Origin: Candidatus Hodarchaeota archaeon
GTDB lineage: Archaea > Asgardarchaeota > Heimdallarchaeia > Hodarchaeales > Hodarchaeaceae
Assembly (NCBI GenBank): GCA_016840035.1
Contig: JAEOTC010000086.1
Location: 83,175-147,174 of the forward strand
Direction of reading: 5' to 3'
Length of the DNA: 64,000 nt
Part shown: piece by piece, positions 58,527 through 64,000 of the stretch
How the letters are laid out: each line of letters begins with the position of its first letter
How positions within the stretch are numbered: position 1 is the first letter of the stretch
Notes under the pieces: generated by a model
The model's database searches: none
What the model was told of the DNA's origin: nothing
The model's input: only the letters and a program-made list of their open reading frames with translations
Program-made: the position numbers and the translations under genes

Positions 58527-61145
58527 TCATTCTATCTGAGCTATCACACAGAGAAAGGTATCTGGCGTATATATTGATACTGACACAATAAGATTTGCAC
58601 TTCCAGATGAAAGAATATATTTTGGTCCCTTTAAGGGGTTTGTAGTCTTTCTATTTGGTATAAAACCGGCTTTAGTTAATAATTTTAAGCTTTCAAGCAA
58701 TTCTGATTTAGTATAGATGTTAACGCTTTGAGTATTTCGTTTAATTTGAATATTTGATTCAAAAATAATGTCACGGATCAATATATCTTCTTTAAGTGCA
58801 TCTGGAATATCATTTTCATGAATTTCTGAAATCAACGGCATGATCCAATTCTCAAGGACTTCATTTGGAAGATCAATTGTGGATTCTAGAGAAGGGTCAA
58901 CCTCGAAGGCTTTAGTAAAAAAGTCTTCTTTTTGATCTGGTTCTAATTCTTGACGAACAGCGATTTCTTCTTTCTCAAAACTCGGTAATTTACGATTTTT
59001 ATCTTGTGGTACTAAAATACCCTTTTTAAATAGTATTATAAGTTGCTCAAAGATTTCATTATATTTAAATTTTGAACTAAATAAGCCATGATTTACTATT
59101 TCCTTAATAAACAAACCTTCAGTGTTAGCCAACTGATTATTTTGCTCTTGAATAACTTGAAGTAGTGGATTATCTGAAACTTGCTCTTCAGTATCTATTC
59201 TAAGTGCAAGCGGTCCTAATACAGATAAACCAAGAATATTATCAAGGTCTTCTATTGCTGATTGAAATGGATCTAGTTCTCCAACGAAATCAGTAAGTAG
59301 ATCCTGGAATCTCTTTTCAAAAGCGTAAACAAATTCCCGTCCTCGTTTTCTCAGACGTTTACTGAATCTTGGAGGTCGTTCTAATATAAATGCTGTTACT
59401 GAGTAATTTCCTTCAATAGTAACAATTTTAAAAGTCCTATCGCCAATATCCTCGGTAAAGTCTCTTACTATAGTTCGATCTTTTATTTCCTCACTTTTTA
59501 ATTCCGTAAATAAGCTTGAAATTGCTGTTAGGAAGCCAGAAACTAATTGTGGATCAACTTTGAGCATTGAAGTCCCAAATTTAAACAAACAAATACCAGT
59601 GAGCTTGTGAGTTATCATAATATGTTCACAATAAAGAAGATTCATTAGATCCTTGTAATCTATAGGATTCATAGGTGAAAATCCCAGGGAGGGTTCGACT
59701 TTGATTTCGTGAAAAATCTCGTCCTTTTTACTAGCACTCACTTGTTCTTCACGTATCCCAGACTTAGCACGAAAAATCGGTATTAAATCTGGCATACTAT
59801 CCTTTTGAGGATCAATATGTTTGGTTAACCTTGCTCGAACTTTAATTTTGACTGGACTCGAAATGCTATCTTGGAGACCCACAATTAAAGCTTCTCCTTT
59901 TGTTAAATGGGGGAGAACTGAAACTGTATCTGTATTTATTCCCTCCATTAAACGAATTTTTGTTATATCTTTTTCGGATTTGATTCGGAGAGCTACGAGA
60001 GTATTCATGTTCGCGATTATATTATCTGGCAGATCTCCTGGTCTTTGTGACACTAGCATCTCGTAAATACCAAATTTTCTCCCTTCACGCGCGATTTGTG
60101 CAAGAATATCGCTTTTTTGAACAAATCTATGTGCTTCCTCCAATATTATCAAGATTTCCTGTTCATGTGGAATCTCTCCCTGAATTTTTTTCTGAAATAT
60201 TTGAGTTAGTAATTCATTCACTAATGTATTCCTTTTTTTCTCATCTGTGTATTGATCAAGTCGAATGATCGATATCTGGTTTTCACGAACTAGAGAGGAA
60301 ATATCTATTTCTTCTTTATACACAGATTGTTTTTTAAGAGTGTTAATTTTCGAAATTAAATTTTCACGTGTTTGTGTGTGCATATCAGAATTCTTTATAT
60401 TGGTTAAAATAGATTCCAGATTATCTGGCTGGTCAAGAATGTTCGTGAGTGCATTTTCTTGAGCGGTTGATAATTCCAATAGTCTTCTTAGTTTTGGTAA
60501 ATCAAATTGGGTTCCTAATCCAATTGTTCCTTCTCCAAAAATTAGTAACCTTTCAGCGAACCCTTGTGGGTAATATCCTTCGTAATCTAAAGAACTGATT
60601 TCACTTCCTGTATTTTCTAATCCAAGTCCCCAATATTCGTTGTGAACGTCGAAGAGTAGTATCGAGGTGTTTTGGATTTTCAAAAGAATCTCCTCCAATA
60701 AAACACCAATACTGTATGACTTTCCTGCCCCCGTACTAGCTACACATAGAACATGTCGTTCTAAAAATTTAGGTGATATTAAGAATGGATCCGTTGATGA
60801 GGGAGAAGTAACAATATCTCCTAAATATATCCCCCCTTCTCCATCATAGGATATAATTTTTGAAATCAACCCTTTTGGAGGAATAGACACTTCTGAATCC
60901 ATTGAGATAGGAATTCGACATGGTTTTAAGCGAAATTCATCCATTTCAAATTCCCCCAGAATATCTGCAATCGCTTTCATCTCCCCTTCTTTTTCTTGTG
61001 ATAATCGGAATATTTGAGCAATTAGATGCTTATTACTTGACCGATTCTTGTCAAATAAAACAATATAATCTCCTTCGTGGAAAATATTCTCGTCAATATC
61101 CGAAAGAAAAGTAATACGGGAGGTGGTGGTTTTTGTAATTTTCAT
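58527..61145 (-). CDS. HerA/FtsK-type ATPase fused to a longin domain and a C-terminal extension
   Basis: HAS-like N-terminus, RHV..ASTGAGKS, FDVHNEY, LEEAH, REGRKFG, SQRP, then TGICLF..DPQLVSGFLTAISS..FEKRF..FVGE. Confidence 0.85.
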   Translation of the reverse strand: MKITKTTTSRITFLSDIDENIFHEGDYIVLFDKNRSSNKHLIAQIFRLSQEKEGEMKAIADILGEFEMDEFRLKPCRIPISMDSEVSIPPKGLISKIISYDGEGGIYLGDIVTSPSSTDPFLISPKFLERHVLCVASTGAGKSYSIGVLLEEILLKIQNTSILLFDVHNEYWGLGLENTGSEISSLDYEGYYPQGFAERLLIFGEGTIGLGTQFDLPKLRRLLELSTAQENALTNILDQPDNLESILTNIKNSDMHTQTRENLISKINTLKKQSVYKEEIDISSLVRENQISIIRLDQYTDEKKRNTLVNELLTQIFQKKIQGEIPHEQEILIILEEAHRFVQKSDILAQIAREGRKFGIYEMLVSQRPGDLPDNIIANMNTLVALRIKSEKDITKIRLMEGINTDTVSVLPHLTKGEALIVGLQDSISSPVKIKVRARLTKHIDPQKDSMPDLIPIFRAKSGIREEQVSASKKDEIFHEIKVEPSLGFSPMNPIDYKDLMNLLYCEHIMITHKLTGICLFKFGTSMLKVDPQLVSGFLTAISSLFTELKSEEIKDRTIVRDFTEDIGDRTFKIVTIEGNYSVTAFILERPPRFSKRLRKRGREFVYAFEKRFQDLLTDFVGELDPFQSAIEDLDNILGLSVLGPLALRIDTEEQVSDNPLLQVIQEQNNQLANTEGLFIKEIVNHGLFSSKFKYNEIFEQLIILFKKGILVPQDKNRKLPSFEKEEIAVRQELEPDQKEDFFTKAFEVDPSLESTIDLPNEVLENWIMPLISEIHENDIPDALKEDILIRDIIFESNIQIKRNTQSVNIYTKSELLESLKLLTKAGFIPNRKTTNPLKGPKYILSSGSANLIVSVSIYTPDTFLCVIAQIE

Positions 61146-61385
61146 TGGTGGATCAGCTAAATGATTTACCTAAATGTAGTATTTGATAACTGAAGAACCT
61201 GAATTTACTATCTTGTGGGAAATAAAATTCTTTCTATCAAAATACATTTAATTTTCTTTGTACATCCTTTATTAGAGTTCAGGTTGAGAACTGTATCTCT
61301 TGATATCACAAAAGATTAATAATGAATCAATTATCTATCTAAAATAATATCAAATATCTGTTATTATATTGGAGTGTAGCGAAGT

Positions 61386-62339
61386 TTGGGTACAGAATCT
61401 CTGAAATATGATATGGTTATTGTTGGTGCGGGGCCTGCAGGAATGGCCACAGCGATTTATGCGTCAAGGATGGGTTGGAAGACAGTAGTTCTTGATAAAG
61501 GAGCAGTGGGTGGACTAGCAGCAACTACACCCAAGATTGAGAACTATCCAGGGTTCAGTGAAATTACCGGAATGGAATTCGCCGATAGACTCAAAAAACA
61601 GGCTGAAAAATTCGGTGCGGTAATTAAGGAATTAACAGAGGTTACTGATATTAATCTAGGGGAATCTGAGATAGAAGTCTTTACTCCATCGGAGAACTTT
61701 CTTGCCAATGTGGTCGTTCTAGCAATGGGTACATCTCACCGACATTTGGGTGTCCCAGGAGAAGAAAAATTGGAAGGAAAAGGAGTTTCATATTGTGCTA
61801 CATGCGATGGACCATTATACGGATCTAGAAAAGTAGTTGTTGTAGGTGGGGGTAATTCCGCAGTCACAGAGGCTCTGTATCTTGATAATGTAGTGCGCGA
61901 AGTCTCTCTCATTCATCGTAGGGATCAATTACGGGCTGAGGAATCACTCCAGAAAGAAATCCTTCAAAACTCGAATGTTAATATGATTTGGGATTCAGTC
62001 GTGACAGAAATCATTGGGGATGAGATGTCTGGAGTAAAGAAGGTTACAATTAAAAATATAAAAACTGAAGAAGAAGAGCAGAAACGAGTTAAAGCAGTAT
62101 TTGTCGCTATCGGGATATTACCAAACAATGAACTCGCAAAGAAGATTGGAGTTAATTTAAGCGAAGATGGTCTAATTCTTGTAGATTCAAAACAACGTAC
62201 AAATATTCCCCGAATTTACGCTTGTGGAGATATTACTCCAGGTCAAGGCCAGATTTCTGTAGCAGTCGGAGAAGGAACAACTGCAGCAATTTCAGCGTTC
62301 CTTGATATGCGTGGTGGGGATTGGTACGGAACGGAATAG
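61386..62339 (+). CDS. trxB: Thioredoxin reductase
   Basis: GAGPAG, CATCDG, GGGNSA and HRRD motifs. Confidence 0.95.
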   Translation: MGTESLKYDMVIVGAGPAGMATAIYASRMGWKTVVLDKGAVGGLAATTPKIENYPGFSEITGMEFADRLKKQAEKFGAVIKELTEVTDINLGESEIEVFTPSENFLANVVVLAMGTSHRHLGVPGEEKLEGKGVSYCATCDGPLYGSRKVVVVGGGNSAVTEALYLDNVVREVSLIHRRDQLRAEESLQKEILQNSNVNMIWDSVVTEIIGDEMSGVKKVTIKNIKTEEEEQKRVKAVFVAIGILPNNELAKKIGVNLSEDGLILVDSKQRTNIPRIYACGDITPGQGQISVAVGEGTTAAISAFLDMRGGDWYGTE

Positions 62340-62866
62340 AATACATGACGCGATGTTTCTTGCCGTCTAAAACCAGTACATCATCCATCGGTCTGCATAA
62401 GTTTTCAAATCATTTCTCCGCATCCCATTTATTGTTAACTGAAGATTTTTCCGAAGGCTTGCATGGACATAACTACTATGTTGAAGTGGAATTATTTGGA
62501 GAAACTAACAGTGATGGCTTAATTTACGATTTTCTCAGGCTGGATGAAATTATCCGTGAAATTCTTTCTCAATGGGATCATTATACATTAATTCCTAGTC
62601 AAAATGAAAACATCAACATAACAGAAGTGGGCGGTAATCTTGAAATTCGTGCTAGAAAGCGATTTTACTCGATTCCTCGGTCAGAAGTAAAGTTACTAGA
62701 ATGTCAAAATGTGACGGCTGAATATTTAGCGAGATCTGTAGCACTCCAACTAAAGGAGAAATTGCTTTCACTAAAATCAACGAAGGGTATTACCGAACTT
62801 AGGGTTGATCTGTGGGAAACCCCCCTCTATCATGCCTCTTTTTCCAGTCAACTAGAGCGTTTTTAA
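62321..62866 (+). CDS. queD: 6-pyruvoyl-tetrahydropterin synthase/QueD family
   Basis: FSASH, LHGHNY, WDH, TAEYLA and WET motifs. Confidence 0.85.
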   Translation: MVRNGIEYMTRCFLPSKTSTSSIGLHKFSNHFSASHLLLTEDFSEGLHGHNYYVEVELFGETNSDGLIYDFLRLDEIIREILSQWDHYTLIPSQNENINITEVGGNLEIRARKRFYSIPRSEVKLLECQNVTAEYLARSVALQLKEKLLSLKSTKGITELRVDLWETPLYHASFSSQLERF

Positions 62867-63647
62867 ATTCCTTTTGTCCAAGTTTTGGAAATCCAGAAAT
62901 TTCTTCTCCAGAGTCTGTTAAATTAAACCGAATTCCATTGTGCAGTTGATAGTAAGAAGAAATTAAGGATTGGGCTATTTTCAGCTTCACTCGTTTTCTA
63001 GAGGTATTTTTAAGGATTTGAGAGCTATTTTTACTGTACTTTCCGATTTTTTCTCCAAAATCAAAACCAATTAAGCCTATAATAGGAGATTGAAAATGAA
63101 TTGCTAGAAAAATACCTCTATCACCATCTGTAAATCCACCAAAATTAAAGAGATTAGTTTTCAACTTATTCTGAGTTGTACCCCAAATTAATGGCTTTTT
63201 GTCCAGAAGGTGCGTCTCCTCAAAGAAGTCTTGAATGATCGTTCTATTGTCCCCATGAGCATGGATAAGTGCAATAGCACCTCTAGAAATCGCCCATCTA
63301 ATCGCTGACCATTCTCCATCTAAATCTGAGATTACTATATCAGGAATAATTTGATGCTGTTGAAATAAAGAACAGCTTCCATCAATAGCGATGATTTTCA
63401 AATCATTGATTATAGAATGTTGCACACAAAGCTCTAAATCTATATCAAGAGAAGGCCCAGCTCCCACCACTAAAATTGGATGTTTTAACACATATTCTAC
63501 TTTTTCCAAAATAAAATTTGCTTCATAAGGAAGCTTTTCATTTAGAAATGATTCCAATTGACGTGTGGACTTAATATCCTCTTTAATACTTAGATTTAGC
63601 TTTGCTACAATTTTTAAGTATTCATTATTCCATTGATCGATAAGCAT
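62799..63647 (-). CDS. mptE: 6-hydroxymethyl-7,8-dihydropterin pyrophosphokinase
   Basis: GAGPSL, SDLDG, HAHGDN, GGFTDGDR and GFDF motifs. Confidence 0.9.
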   Translation of the reverse strand: MLIDQWNNEYLKIVAKLNLSIKEDIKSTRQLESFLNEKLPYEANFILEKVEYVLKHPILVVGAGPSLDIDLELCVQHSIINDLKIIAIDGSCSLFQQHQIIPDIVISDLDGEWSAIRWAISRGAIALIHAHGDNRTIIQDFFEETHLLDKKPLIWGTTQNKLKTNLFNFGGFTDGDRGIFLAIHFQSPIIGLIGFDFGEKIGKYSKNSSQILKNTSRKRVKLKIAQSLISSYYQLHNGIRFNLTDSGEEISGFPKLGQKEFKNALVDWKKRHDRGGFPTDQP

Positions 63648-63773
63648 TTGGTTATATCCATCAAGTTTTCTGTGATGAAATTCAATTTAGTATTAATTCA
63701 ATCGGAGTAAAGAAACCTGTCTATCATAAAATTAAATTTCTTTCCAAAATTAGTCTCGAGAGGATAAAAGCTA

Positions 63774-63784
63774 AATATATAAAG
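63774..63784 (+). promoter_or_regulatory. Candidate TATA box for the 5S precursor
   Basis: AATATATAAAG preceded by purine-rich sequence, about 95 nt upstream of the 5S sequence. Confidence 0.4.
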
Positions 63785-63877
63785 ATTCTTGAAAATGCCC
63801 CAACTGGTTTGTAATCTCACAAACACAAATCTTGTGCTGAAATATGCGCTGAAATAACCTGTGAGATATTGCCGAAA

Positions 63878-63997
63878 GTTAAGTCAGGCTCCGTTCTGAT
63901 CTGTACTGTTGTGCTCGCGCCTACGGGAAAATCAGAAAGCTGAAGGTTCTTCGGCCAAAGGGCCTGAGTCACACCCGGTCTCATTCCGAACCCGGAA
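63878..63997 (+). rRNA. rrf: 5S rRNA gene, circularly permuted (3' half 63878-63945, GTT linker, 5' half 63949-63997)
   Basis: GTTAAG-TCAGGCTC..TTCTGAT/ATCAGAA..GCTGAAG precedes CTTCGGC-CAAA-GGGCCTGA..ACACCCGGTCTCATTCCGAACCCGGAA. Helices I, II, III and V pair cleanly; total length 120 nt. Confidence 0.88.
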
Positions 63998-64000
63998 ACA

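Noticed and set aside
1-64000. CRISPR arrays, transposases, integrases or proviral genes
   Set aside because: No regularly spaced repeats or mobile-element proteins were recognised

Overview
AT-rich chromosomal window from an Asgard archaeon, most likely Heimdallarchaeia/Hodarchaeales. This is inferred from an ARPC4-like protein, ribosomal eL22 and eL38, longin and roadblock proteins, and an HMf-type histone. Most of the window is housekeeping: the proteasome/exosome superoperon, cdc48, lonB, ftsZ, dnaG, pelota, aIF5A, RuMP enzymes, hypAB and pterin genes. The non-coding layer is richer. The main finding is an apparently circularly permuted 5S rRNA gene at the right edge (63878-63997): the 3' half lies upstream of the 5' half, the normal ends are joined by a 3-nt loop, and the new ends sit in a relaxed bulge-helix-bulge (BHB) whose splicing would restore CCGGAA|GUUAAG in a 120-nt circle. 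All five tRNA genes carry a 28-30 nt intron at a non-canonical position, and one also has a canonical intron. Two box C/D guide RNAs with an inserted hairpin and one two-hairpin H/ACA-like RNA lie in intergenic gaps. A eukaryote-signature and cell-surface cluster at 48.5-61.1 kb encodes roadblock, ARPC4-like, a pilin, a membrane-tethered wHTH regulator with two paralogous surface proteins, and a convergent pair of longin fusions (a polytopic membrane protein and a HerA-type ATPase). All calls come from manual motif reading and recalled consensus sequences; no searches were run.
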